Of a stretch of DNA of 64,000 bases, positions 38,102 through 47,768 are shown piece after piece. The stretch comes from Candidatus Omnitrophota bacterium (GTDB lineage: Bacteria > Omnitrophota > Gorgyraeia > Zapsychrales > Zapsychraceae). A program made the position numbers and the translations under genes. The stretch's first letter is position 1. Every line of letters starts with the position of its first letter. A model generated the notes under the pieces. That model did not search any database. It had not been told where the DNA came from and worked only from the letters and a program-made list of their open reading frames with translations. The DNA lies in contig DATDQB010000023.1 of NCBI GenBank assembly GCA_035292445.1, forward strand, positions 89,533 through 153,532. The letters run 5' to 3'.

Positions 38102-40482
38102 ACGAAGCCGAAACCAGAGCGGAATTGATTGACCCGAAGCTGAAGGAAAGCGGCTGGGGTGTTCTCGAGGGTTCCAAAGTTTTGCGGGAATACCACATTA
38201 CCGCCGGGAAAATCCAGACCGGCGGGAGCCGGGCCAAGCCGCTTATTGCCGATTATGTCCTTGTGTTTAATGGCCGCAAGCTGGCCACGATTGAAGCCAA
38301 GAGCGATGAAGAAGAAGTCGGCGAAGGCGTCGCGCAGGCCAAGAATTACGCCGAAAAAATGTGCTTGGAAACGACGTATGCCAGCAACGGGAAAGAGATT
38401 TATCAAATTTGCATGAAGACTGGCAAGGAAGGCCCGGCTGCCAAATTCCCCACACCACAGGAACTTTGGAACAAGACTTTTACCGAAGAAAATCAGTGGC
38501 GGAACAAATTCAGTCAAGTGCCGCTTGAAGACGTTGGCGGCACCAAGCCCGTCCGTTATTATCAGGAAATTGCGGTTAATAACGTCATGTCCGCGATTGC
38601 CGACGGCAGACAGCGCGTTTTATTGACATTGGCCACTGGCACAGGAAAAACCTTTATTGCCTTTCAAATCGCTTGGAAACTCTTTCAAACCCGTTGGAAC
38701 CTTCGGCGTGACGGAAGTCGAAGGCCCCGCATTCTGTTTTTGGCGGATAGAAATATTCTGGCGGATCAGGCGTTTAATGCTTTCTCACCGTTTCCCGAAG
38801 ACGCGCTGGCCCGCATCAAGCCGGATGAAATCCGCAGGCACGGGCGGGTTCCGACCAACGGGAGCATTTTCTTCACCATCTTTCAGACCTTTATGAGCGG
38901 TAGAGACAAAGACGGCAGGCCCGCGCCCTATTTTGGCGAATATCCGGCGGATTATTTCGATTTTATCGTGATTGATGAATGCCATCGCGGCGGGGCCAAT
39001 GATGAAGGCAACTGGCGGGCAATTCTGGAGTATTTCGCCCCGGCTGTTCAGCTTGGGCTGACCGCCACACCCAAGCGCCGGGATAACGTGGACACGTATC
39101 GCTATTTCGGTGAACCGGTGTATGTCTATTCGCTTAAAGAAGGCATCAACGACGGCTTCCTGACGCCGTTTAAGGTCAAAAGGATCAAGACGACACTGGA
39201 CGATTATATTTACACGTCCGATGACCGGGTCATTGAAGGCGAGGTCGAAGAAGGGAAAATTTATACCGAGCCGGACTTTAACAAAATCATTGAGATCAAG
39301 GAGCGCGAAGCCAAGCGGGTGCAGATATTCCTGTCCGAAATCAATCAGAATGAAAAGGCGATTGTCTTCTGCGCGACCCAAGACCATGCGGCGGCGGTGC
39401 GGGATTTGGTGAATCAATATAAAAAGAGCGGTGATCCAAATTATTGTGTGCGCGTCACGGCCAATGACGGCGCGCTGGGCGATCAGTTTTTGCGGGATTT
39501 TCAGGACAATGAAAAGACCATTCCGACTATATTGACGACTTCCCAGAAACTCTCCACCGGTGTGGACGCCCGCAATATCCGAAATATTATACTTATGCGC
39601 CCAATTAACTCGATGATTGAATTTAAGCAGATCATTGGCCGGGGAACGCGGTTGTTCGATGGGAAGGAGTATTTTACGATTTATGATTTCGTGGACGCAC
39701 ATCATCACTTCGCTGATCCCGAGTGGGACGGCGAGCCGATTGTTGAGGTTTGTTCCAAGTGTTTGGAAAATCCTTGTGTTTGTGAAAAGCCGCCACCCGG
39801 GCCATGTCCCCGATGCGGTCAGCGACCTTGTATTTGTGAGAGACCGCCGGAGCCGCCCTGTCCCAGATGTGGCAAAAGCCCTTGTGAGTGTCCCAAGAAG
39901 GTCAAAATCAAACTGCGTGACGGCAAGGAACGCGAAATTCAGCACATGATCGCGACTTCCTTTTGGAGTGCGGACGGGAAGCCGATCTCAGTAGAGGAAT
40001 TTCTACAAAGCCTATTTGGCATCTTACCGGAATTCTTCAAAAACGAAGAGGAATTGAGAAAAATCTGGTCTAGTCCCATAACACGTAAGACATTACTGGA
40101 AAATTTAGCCGCGGCTGGGTTTGGCAAGGATGAATTAACAACTTTACAGAAATTGATTGATGCTGAAAAAAGCGATCTCTTTGATGTGATCGAATTTGTC
40201 TCTTTCGCTATGAAGCCAATTACCAGAGAAAAGCGAGTTGCTTTAGCTCAGTTTAAAATATTCGCAGGTTTGAATAATAAACAGAAAGATTTTATTGAAT
40301 TTGTCCTCTCCCAATACATTGAAACTGGTGTTGAGGAGCTTGATCAGGAAAAACTCCCTGATCTTCTGACGCTAAAATATCAGGCCATCAGCGACGCGGA
40401 AGAAATCTTGGGCGGAGTGGATAATATTCGGACAACTTTTATAGATTTTCAGAAACATTTATATGAGAAAGTAGTGGTTTGA
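38098..40482 (+). CDS. hsdR: Type I R-M restriction subunit (EcoEI-like)
   Basis: MNEAETR, ADYVL..IEAK nuclease motif, LATGTGKT, DECHRG, QIIGRGTR. Confidence 0.95.
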   Translation: MNEAETRAELIDPKLKESGWGVLEGSKVLREYHITAGKIQTGGSRAKPLIADYVLVFNGRKLATIEAKSDEEEVGEGVAQAKNYAEKMCLETTYASNGKEIYQICMKTGKEGPAAKFPTPQELWNKTFTEENQWRNKFSQVPLEDVGGTKPVRYYQEIAVNNVMSAIADGRQRVLLTLATGTGKTFIAFQIAWKLFQTRWNLRRDGSRRPRILFLADRNILADQAFNAFSPFPEDALARIKPDEIRRHGRVPTNGSIFFTIFQTFMSGRDKDGRPAPYFGEYPADYFDFIVIDECHRGGANDEGNWRAILEYFAPAVQLGLTATPKRRDNVDTYRYFGEPVYVYSLKEGINDGFLTPFKVKRIKTTLDDYIYTSDDRVIEGEVEEGKIYTEPDFNKIIEIKEREAKRVQIFLSEINQNEKAIVFCATQDHAAAVRDLVNQYKKSGDPNYCVRVTANDGALGDQFLRDFQDNEKTIPTILTTSQKLSTGVDARNIRNIILMRPINSMIEFKQIIGRGTRLFDGKEYFTIYDFVDAHHHFADPEWDGEPIVEVCSKCLENPCVCEKPPPGPCPRCGQRPCICERPPEPPCPRCGKSPCECPKKVKIKLRDGKEREIQHMIATSFWSADGKPISVEEFLQSLFGILPEFFKNEEELRKIWSSPITRKTLLENLAAAGFGKDELTTLQKLIDAEKSDLFDVIEFVSFAMKPITREKRVALAQFKIFAGLNNKQKDFIEFVLSQYIETGVEELDQEKLPDLLTLKYQAISDAEEILGGVDNIRTTFIDFQKHLYEKVVV

Positions 40483-40595
40483 AATGACCCATTTGAACAG
40501 TTCATTTTCTTGGCTTTTTGGGCCCAATGTGCTAAAATTTAGCACTATTAAATGGGTAGAAGTTTTCTCAAAATTTTCATAACTATTGAGGGAAT

Positions 40596-41675
40596 ATGAG
40601 TTTAGATTCAAGGATTCAAAAAATTAAGAAATTAGAGAGCGAGAGAAAGTCTCGCGTTATTTGTTATATTAACTCTGATAGGCCAAGTAATTGTCCCATT
40701 GCTGGGATGACCATGCAGATTTCCCCGGACGTGCAACTTCATTTTTATGAGCATTTAAAAAAGATTGGTAAAACCAAGAATATTGATTTGGTTCTTTATA
40801 CACGGGGTGGTAATATTGAAACGGTTTGGCCATTGGTTTCTTTAATAAGGGAATTTTGTGATTCTTTTTCTGTTTTGGTTCCGTTTCGTGCCCATAGCGC
40901 GGGGACAATGATATGCTTGGGGGCTAATGAGATTAGGATGGCTAAATTGGCAGAATTGAGTCCGATTGATCCTACGACGGGAAATCAATTTAATCCAATT
41001 GATGAAACAAATCCAAGATCAAGGAAGGGAATAAGTGTCGAAGATGTTACTTCCTATTTAGATTTAGCTAAAGAGGATTTTGGAATCAAAAAAGAGGAGA
41101 ATATTGTCAATATTTTTAAACATCTAACTGATAAAATAGAGCCATTGGCTCTTGGCAATGTTAAGAGGGTTCATAAGCTGATTCGGCGACTAGCAGATGA
41201 GTTGTTGCATTTGCATTTTGATGAGGCTAAATATTCTAAAAAGATTGAGGCGATTAAAAAGACTTTAACATCAGAATTATATTCGCATGTTCACTATATC
41301 AATCGTCAGGAAGCCATGAAGATTTTAGGAGAAGAAATCGTCAAATTTTGCTCTGAAAATGAAGAAGCGGCGTTATGGGATGTGTTTGTTGATTATGCTG
41401 ATACTTTAAAGTTGAAGGAAACTTTTAACATAAAAGAATATATGGGAACAGATGTATCAAAAGAACTTGAAGTGGTTGGGGCTTTTATTGAAAGTGCCGA
41501 CCTGTCGCATACGTTTAATGCAAAGAGTAAATTGACGCAACGCTCAAAATTACCACCTAATTTGCAGGTGCAGGTTCAGCCGGGGCAGGCGTTTCCTTTA
41601 ATTCCTGGCTTCCCAATTGAGATTGAAGTAGATCTTATTTCTGTAGGATGGAAGGTGAACGATGGAAAAATTTAA
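40596..41675 (+). CDS. ClpP-class SDH-family serine proteinase
   Basis: LYTRGG, VPFRAHSAGTMICLGANEI.M....LSPIDP, YSH..I...EA. Confidence 0.82.
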   Translation: MSLDSRIQKIKKLESERKSRVICYINSDRPSNCPIAGMTMQISPDVQLHFYEHLKKIGKTKNIDLVLYTRGGNIETVWPLVSLIREFCDSFSVLVPFRAHSAGTMICLGANEIRMAKLAELSPIDPTTGNQFNPIDETNPRSRKGISVEDVTSYLDLAKEDFGIKKEENIVNIFKHLTDKIEPLALGNVKRVHKLIRRLADELLHLHFDEAKYSKKIEAIKKTLTSELYSHVHYINRQEAMKILGEEIVKFCSENEEAALWDVFVDYADTLKLKETFNIKEYMGTDVSKELEVVGAFIESADLSHTFNAKSKLTQRSKLPPNLQVQVQPGQAFPLIPGFPIEIEVDLISVGWKVNDGKI

Positions 41676-41940
41676 TCAAGATTTTTATAGGACTTCCTTG
41701 GTCAGCACAGATGAAGGATTAGTTTCCGAGCGATTTGATTACTCAACAGCAGACATTGAGGCCAGTGTGTTTTTTGGACTTGTTTCTCCTGAAATTTATC
41801 AAGGATCGGGAGAAGCTCCGAATATTTCTGGTGTTTATAAATTGATCGATGAGCAATTGCATGCTGTTGTAGATACAGCGCCTCCAAACGCTGTTCCGCT
41901 TTCAAAATCCTCTGGATTATTTAAACTTGCAGGCGAATAA
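41662..41940 (+). CDS. 92-aa acidic hypothetical protein (candidate antitoxin or substrate)
   Basis: Overlaps the protease stop by 14 nt and ends 11 nt before the PIN start. Confidence 0.7.
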   Translation: MEKFNQDFYRTSLVSTDEGLVSERFDYSTADIEASVFFGLVSPEIYQGSGEAPNISGVYKLIDEQLHAVVDTAPPNAVPLSKSSGLFKLAGE

Positions 41941-41951
41941 ATTGAATATTT

Positions 41952-42368
41952 ATGATCTATGCAAAAGGTATTTTATTAGATACGGCGGCTCTTTATGCAA
42001 TTGCAGACTCACGAGACAAATACCACTCTAAAGCGGTAAGTTTCTTAAATCAGATTCAAAAGAGTTCCCAACCGCTTTTTATTTCAAATGTCACAATTTA
42101 CGAAGCGTATAGGTTAATTTTGCATAGGCTTGATATTAAAAAGGCTCTATTTTTTTTAGAAGAGATTTTTGATGGGTCTATTCGAATTGAATACATCACT
42201 ACGGCAGATGAAAGAATTGCCAGAGATTGTTTAAAGAAATACGATGATCAACCGTTTTCTTTTGTTGATGCCTTAAATTTTGCTGTTATGGGTAGGATTA
42301 AGATTGCAAAAGTGTTTACTTTTGATAGCCACTTTAATATTATTGGGTTTGAACAGATGCCATCGTAG
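41952..42368 (+). CDS. PIN-domain (VapC-like) ribonuclease
   Basis: LLDT, IYE, SFVD and FTFDSHF acidic catalytic set. Confidence 0.9.
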   Translation: MIYAKGILLDTAALYAIADSRDKYHSKAVSFLNQIQKSSQPLFISNVTIYEAYRLILHRLDIKKALFFLEEIFDGSIRIEYITTADERIARDCLKKYDDQPFSFVDALNFAVMGRIKIAKVFTFDSHFNIIGFEQMPS

Positions 42369-42532
42369 TATCAAGCAATAGGAAGCCAAGAGTTTTGAGT
42401 TAGAAGAGGAAGGCAAAATAACGATTGGCTTTAAGACATTGATGGGGCCATTAAACAGGTTCTAACTTGGTCTAGCCAGCCCCGCCATCAAGATTTGAAC
42501 TGGGGTTCTAGTTCAGATCAAATTCAGATCAA

Positions 42533-42568
42533 AAAATCCTCGACGGATAAATCCGTCGGGGATTTTTT
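42533..42568 (+). terminator. Intrinsic terminator just outside attR
   Basis: AAAATCCTCGACGGA/TCCGTCGGGGATTTT plus T-run; would terminate the tRNA operon when the site is empty. Confidence 0.8.
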
Positions 42569-42699
42569 ATGTCCTAAGGTGTCAAAGGCTTAGGGCAGAC
42601 AAATTCTGACATTGAAGGAATTCCAAAAAGCCGCTCGTCACCCGAGCAAACAATCTCCTCCTCCCAACAGCGAGCCTTATTTCCAGTTTGAAATAAAAG

Positions 42700-42740
42700 T
42701 TGACAAGGATACAGTTGTTTTATATTATAGTTTCGAAACT
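42700..42740 (+). promoter_or_regulatory. sigma70 promoter with an adjacent palindromic operator candidate
   Basis: TTGACA-N17-TATTAT followed by perfect palindrome AGTTTCGAAACT, upstream of the ArsR gene. Confidence 0.6.
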
Positions 42741-42772
42741 TATTAACTACTAAACAGACGATAACAAGGGAG

Positions 42773-43120
42773 ATGGAAATGGATAAACATATGGAAGAAA
42801 AGATTTTTCAGATGCACGCTGAGGTCTGTAAATCGATGGCCAATCCTACGCGGCTTAGAATTATGACTCTATTACGTAAAGGAGAAAAGTCTGTAGAGGA
42901 GTTAAGAGAACGATTGGGATTGCCCAAAGCCAACCTTTCCCAGCACCTGGGTGTTTTGCGCCATCGTAGAATCGTATCGACCCGCAGAGACGGTTTGAAT
43001 ATCTACTACAAAGTGGCCAACCCCAAAATGATCCGGGCCTGTGACATCTTGCGCGAAGTCCTTCTTGAGCAGCTTCAAGAGGGAGGCCAATTAATGAAAG
43101 TTGCCATCAAGAAGAAATAG
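42773..43120 (+). CDS. ArsR/SmtB family regulator
   Basis: ANPTRLRI, SV.EL, LSQHL..LR, G..IYY. Confidence 0.92.
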   Translation: MEMDKHMEEKIFQMHAEVCKSMANPTRLRIMTLLRKGEKSVEELRERLGLPKANLSQHLGVLRHRRIVSTRRDGLNIYYKVANPKMIRACDILREVLLEQLQEGGQLMKVAIKKK

Positions 43121-43131
43121 AAGGAGTAAAA

Positions 43132-45477
43132 ATGAAGAAATTTTCTCTTGTTGAATTTTCCGTTGATCATCCCAAGCTGATTGTGGTTCTTTCCATCATT
43201 GTGACTTTTCTTTTTCTGACTCAGTTTCCCAAAATCAAGACCGATACGAATCCCAAGAACATGCTTCCGGCGACATCCGATGTGCGGGTATGGAATAACG
43301 AGGTGGACAGGACCTTTGGCCTTTATGAAGATATGATTGTCTTAGGAATCACGAACGAGCTGGGGATCCTCAACAAGGATATATTAGGGAAGATCAGCCG
43401 TGTCACGGATGAAATATTAAAAATAAAGGGCGTTGCGTTAAGAGATGTGAATGGTTTTTCCACGATTACCAACGTAACAGACGAAGAGGGAATATTGCGG
43501 GTGGCGCCCCTGATGCCTGAGGCGCCCAAGACCGAGGAAGAGATCACAGCCCTCAGAAAACAACTCTTCGGAGATTCTCTTTTTATCAATCGCATCATCT
43601 CAGAGGACGGCAAGACCACAGCGATTTATATCCCTCTTGAAAAAGGGGCCAACGGGAAAGAAGTTGCCGATCAAATTAGAAATATCCTTGCGAAAGAGAA
43701 AGGCAGCGAAGAATATTATATCGCCGGAGACCCGGTAGCACGGGATACCTTCGGCTCCGAGATGTTTAAGCTGATGGCTATTTTTGCTCCCATCGCAGGC
43801 GGGGTGATGCTTTTTGTCCGGTACCTTATGTTCCGCGACTTTTTCCTTTCCATCACCCTCATGATGGATGCGATGATGAGCATTGTCTGGAGCATGGGAC
43901 TCCTTATCGGCTTGGGATTTCCTGTTCATATCATGAGTTCAATGGCCCCGGTATTCTTGATGGCGATTGCCACCGACAGCATTCACATCTTTAACGAGTT
44001 TTATTTCCGATATAAAGAAAAGAAAGACAAAAAAGCCGCCATCCTTGCAACCATGGATGCCGTCGGAAGGCCTGTCCGTTACACGGCATTGGCGACGACC
44101 GCGGCTTTTGCGGTTTTATTATTTATGAATATCGTCCCTGTCAAAGTCTTCGGCGGGTTGGTTGCCTTTGGCACCGTGGCTTTAAGGATTTTAAGTTTCA
44201 GTTTCATCCCGGCCATGTTCACCTTTGTCAATGAGAAAAATATCGCGAATATCGCAGAAGGGGAAGACGCGGCCTTAAGCAAAACATCCCTCTTCTTAAG
44301 GAAACTGGCGGGTTACGGCACCCATAGACCCAAGACCACGATTGTTATCGGACTCATTGTGTTTGTTGTATCCGTCATTGGAATCACCAAGATTAAGGTC
44401 AACAATAACATGGTGGAATGGTTTAAGCCAAACAGCGAAATCCGGGTGGCGGACAGGGAAGTCAACCGTGCGCTCGGCGGGACATCGCTAGGGTATATCG
44501 TGGCTGTTTCTAATGAGGATGACTTTATTAAAAACCCCGAGGCGATGAGATACCTTGAAGGACTTCAGCGGCACATTGAAGAACTTCCTGCTGTGGGCAA
44601 GACCTTTTCGGTTGTTGACTATCTTAAACGGATTAATCGTGTCCTACATAATGACGATCCGAAATACGACACAGTCCCTGCCGAAAAAAATACTATCGGC
44701 CAATATCTTTTTTTGTTCAGCATGTCGGCCAAACCTTCAGATTTGGATAATGTAGTTGACCCATCATTCAGGCAAGCCAACATCTGGGTGCAGATGAAAA
44801 CCTGGGATGCCCGGGCCATGCAATCGGTTATTGCTTTGGCCAATGAATATAAACGATTACATCCGATCGCGTTAGAGTTAAAGCCTGCTGGGACCGCTTA
44901 TTTTAATCTAGTTTGGAACCACGAGGTGCTTTGGGATATGGTTAGGGGTTTTATCCTGGCCTTGATTGTTGTATTTCTTATTCTTGCCTTCGATTTTCGT
45001 TCAGCGAAATGGGCGATTGTCGGATATGCGCCGCTGCTTTTTACGATTGTCGTCATTTACGGTGTCGTCGGGTTTATAGGCAAGGACTTTGACATGCCGA
45101 TCTCAGTCCTTTCCTGTCTTTCGTTGGGCATGGCCGTTGACTTCGCCATCCATTTCATCAGCCGATTTAGGCAGAGACTGGCGTCGATGAAGGAGCGGGA
45201 TGTGGCTGAGGCGCTGTTGTGGACCGCTGCCCGGCCGGGCAAAGGGATTCTGCGCAATGCCATTTTGTTTGCGGCGTCTTTTGCGGTCATGCTGTTTGCC
45301 CCTTTGACGCCTTATATCACCGTGGGGGCTTTTATCGTGAGCATGATGCTTTTAAGCGCGGCCATGACGATCATCTATATCCCGGCGCTCGTTACACTCA
45401 TGCAAATTAGGTTCTTTAAAAAAGATACACATGGATTCTCTGTAAAGCCCCGCCTGTGGCGGGGCAGGGAGGGTTGA
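43132..45477 (+). CDS. MMPL/RND family transporter
   Basis: Two-fold TM repeat; IATDSIH and GMAVDFAIH motifs. Confidence 0.9.
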   Translation: MKKFSLVEFSVDHPKLIVVLSIIVTFLFLTQFPKIKTDTNPKNMLPATSDVRVWNNEVDRTFGLYEDMIVLGITNELGILNKDILGKISRVTDEILKIKGVALRDVNGFSTITNVTDEEGILRVAPLMPEAPKTEEEITALRKQLFGDSLFINRIISEDGKTTAIYIPLEKGANGKEVADQIRNILAKEKGSEEYYIAGDPVARDTFGSEMFKLMAIFAPIAGGVMLFVRYLMFRDFFLSITLMMDAMMSIVWSMGLLIGLGFPVHIMSSMAPVFLMAIATDSIHIFNEFYFRYKEKKDKKAAILATMDAVGRPVRYTALATTAAFAVLLFMNIVPVKVFGGLVAFGTVALRILSFSFIPAMFTFVNEKNIANIAEGEDAALSKTSLFLRKLAGYGTHRPKTTIVIGLIVFVVSVIGITKIKVNNNMVEWFKPNSEIRVADREVNRALGGTSLGYIVAVSNEDDFIKNPEAMRYLEGLQRHIEELPAVGKTFSVVDYLKRINRVLHNDDPKYDTVPAEKNTIGQYLFLFSMSAKPSDLDNVVDPSFRQANIWVQMKTWDARAMQSVIALANEYKRLHPIALELKPAGTAYFNLVWNHEVLWDMVRGFILALIVVFLILAFDFRSAKWAIVGYAPLLFTIVVIYGVVGFIGKDFDMPISVLSCLSLGMAVDFAIHFISRFRQRLASMKERDVAEALLWTAARPGKGILRNAILFAASFAVMLFAPLTPYITVGAFIVSMMLLSAAMTIIYIPALVTLMQIRFFKKDTHGFSVKPRLWRGREG

Positions 45478-45481
45478 AAAA

Positions 45482-46285
45482 ATGAAAATGGTCAAATTAT
45501 TGGGGATAGTGTTCATGGGATTATTTGTCATCCAACCGATGTCCTTTGCCCAGGATTCGCTGAAGCCGGAGGAGATCATCGCAAAATCAAGGCTCGCCTT
45601 TTATTATGCCGCTGACGATATGAAGGCCAAAATTTCCATGGAACTCATCGATAAAGATGGCAGAAAAAGGCTGCGGGAGCTTACGATGTTAAGGAAAGAT
45701 GATCAGGATGGCGGGGAGCAGAAATATTTCATCTATTTTCATCAACCGGCGGACGTCAAAGATATGACGTTTATGGTCTATAAATATCCCGATAAAGACG
45801 CCGACCGTTGGCTTTTTATTCCCGCCATTGATCTGGTCAAAAGAATTGCGGCGAATGATAAATTCTCAAGCTTTGTCGGAAGCGATTTTACTTATGAGGA
45901 TGTCTCGGGAAGAAATCCCAATGAGGATACGCATACGTTTTTAAGAAAAGATACGCTCGATGGGAAAGATTGTTTTGTTGTAGAAAGTACACCTAAGCAG
46001 GTGTCTGAGTACACCAAGAGGGTTTCCTGGATTGACACAACGATTTTTTTACCATTAAAAGAAGAGTTTTATGATAAACAGAGCGAACTCTACCGGCAGT
46101 TTGAGGCCGAGGAAATTAAAGAGGTTGACGGTATTCCTACCATCACCAAAAGAGTCGTCAAAAATCTCAAAAACGGACATCGGACGAAAGTTTCCTTTGA
46201 GGAAATCAAATACAATCTGGGAATAGAAAGCGACATCTTTTCCGAGCGATACCTAAGGAGGCCGCCGCTTCAATGGATAAAATAA
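45482..46285 (+). CDS. LolA-like outer-membrane lipoprotein-sorting protein
   Basis: Signal peptide; F..PADVK, WLFIPA...KRI, SFVGSDFTYED. Confidence 0.85.
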   Translation: MKMVKLLGIVFMGLFVIQPMSFAQDSLKPEEIIAKSRLAFYYAADDMKAKISMELIDKDGRKRLRELTMLRKDDQDGGEQKYFIYFHQPADVKDMTFMVYKYPDKDADRWLFIPAIDLVKRIAANDKFSSFVGSDFTYEDVSGRNPNEDTHTFLRKDTLDGKDCFVVESTPKQVSEYTKRVSWIDTTIFLPLKEEFYDKQSELYRQFEAEEIKEVDGIPTITKRVVKNLKNGHRTKVSFEEIKYNLGIESDIFSERYLRRPPLQWIK

Positions 46286-47595
46286 ATGGCAGAGCGATCT
46301 TTATCATTCTTGTCGCTGGGACAGCTTTTTTTGCGACGTCTCGCGTTTGGGCCGCCTCCGGCGAGCCTCGCCCAAAGTGGCGGGCCGCCATGCCGGAATT
46401 ACATGGCTTTGCGGAATTCGCCTATGGACCTAAAATGAGCGATGATAATACCAAGAGGGATGATTTTAATCTGTTCGAACAGCGCCTGCAGCTTAAGACA
46501 AAATATCTATTTGAAGGCAATGGTTTTCTCGCGCAAAAGAATTCTTCCATTAATTTCAAAGGCGATTTTACAGTGGATGAATATTTTTCCGGTAAAACGG
46601 ATTTTGAATTGCGGGAGTTTAATCTTTCCACCACGCCGTACGATTGGCTTGATCTTAAGGCGGGGCGGCAGATTTTGACTTGGGGAACCGGCGATTATCT
46701 TTTTGTTAATGATCTTTTCCCGAAGGATTACATGTCTTTTTTTATCGGCCGGGATGATGAATATTTGAAAAAACCTTCCGACGCGCTCAAATTGTCCTTT
46801 TACCCGGCCTTGGCGAACGTTGATTTTGTTGTCTCAAAGTTTGAGCCAAATACCATACCCGAAGGGGGTCGGTTGTCTTTTTTTGACAGTTTTCAGGGAG
46901 GGATTGCCGGGCGGAACTCCGACCGTGACCTCTTAGAGCCGCCGCTGCAACCGTCTAATCTCGAATACGCGCTACGAACTTACCGGAATTTAGGAAGCCA
47001 TGAATTAGCTTTTTATTATTTCCGCGGCTTTGATAAAAATCCGACCAGCTATAAAGATGAGGCCGCCCGCCAGCTTTTTTATCCGCGTTTGGATGTTTAC
47101 GGAACCAGTTTGCGGGGGCCCACGTTAGGCGGTATTGGAAATATCGAGTTTGGCTACTACAATTCGAGGGAAGATTCCGACGGCAACAACCGCCTTATCG
47201 CCAATTCCCTCTTTAAAGTTTTGGTCGGCTATGAAAAGGATTTGGGGAACGATTTTAAAGTCGGGTTCCAATATCTCTATGAACAAACATTGAATTATGA
47301 TAACTACAGCGTAAATCTTTTACCGGCGGATTTTGTTTTTGATGAATCCAAACATCTATTGACACAGCGAATAACAAAACTTTATAAAAATCAAACCGTA
47401 ACTGTTTCGTTGTTTAATTTTTATTCTCCTTCCAACAAGGACGGTTATGTTCGTCCGATGGTCAGTTATAATATCTCGGATCAATGGAAGGCGACTTTCG
47501 GCGCCAATTTACCTTGGGGAGAAGATGATTTAACGGAATTTGGACAAATGAAAAGGAATAAAAATGTATTTGTACGATTGCGGTATAGTTTTTAA
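46273..47595 (+). CDS. Probable outer-membrane beta-barrel (DUF1302-like)
   Basis: Signal peptide, GRQILTWG.GD, C-terminal RYSF; typical partner of MMPL and LolA-like genes. Confidence 0.72.
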   Translation: MDKINGRAIFIILVAGTAFFATSRVWAASGEPRPKWRAAMPELHGFAEFAYGPKMSDDNTKRDDFNLFEQRLQLKTKYLFEGNGFLAQKNSSINFKGDFTVDEYFSGKTDFELREFNLSTTPYDWLDLKAGRQILTWGTGDYLFVNDLFPKDYMSFFIGRDDEYLKKPSDALKLSFYPALANVDFVVSKFEPNTIPEGGRLSFFDSFQGGIAGRNSDRDLLEPPLQPSNLEYALRTYRNLGSHELAFYYFRGFDKNPTSYKDEAARQLFYPRLDVYGTSLRGPTLGGIGNIEFGYYNSREDSDGNNRLIANSLFKVLVGYEKDLGNDFKVGFQYLYEQTLNYDNYSVNLLPADFVFDESKHLLTQRITKLYKNQTVTVSLFNFYSPSNKDGYVRPMVSYNISDQWKATFGANLPWGEDDLTEFGQMKRNKNVFVRLRYSF

Positions 47596-47742
47596 CGGCC
47601 AAGCGGGAACTATAGATGAAAGGTAGAGAGAGTGGGATGCCAGACAGGGATGTATGGGATAAATTATTTTAAAAATTCTATGACGATTTGTTTGAGGATT
47701 TAGATTTATGAGTAGTGTTTTTGACCCCACCCCGCCAACATT

Positions 47743-47768
47743 AAGCATCCCGCTTGGGATGCTTTTTT
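47743..47768. terminator. Terminator between convergent genes
   Basis: AAGCATCCC-GCTT-GGGATGCTT plus T-run. Confidence 0.7.

Larger units (their letters stand above)
28592..42488. mobile_element. 13.9 kb integrative island at the tRNA-Asp 3' end
   Basis: CCCCGCCAT direct repeat at 28592..28600 and 42480..42488 encloses the recombinase, HTH, primase/helicase, R-M and PIN genes. Confidence 0.85.

Noticed and set aside
38785-39945. 386-aa minus-strand ORF
   Set aside because: Lies entirely antisense to the well-supported hsdR
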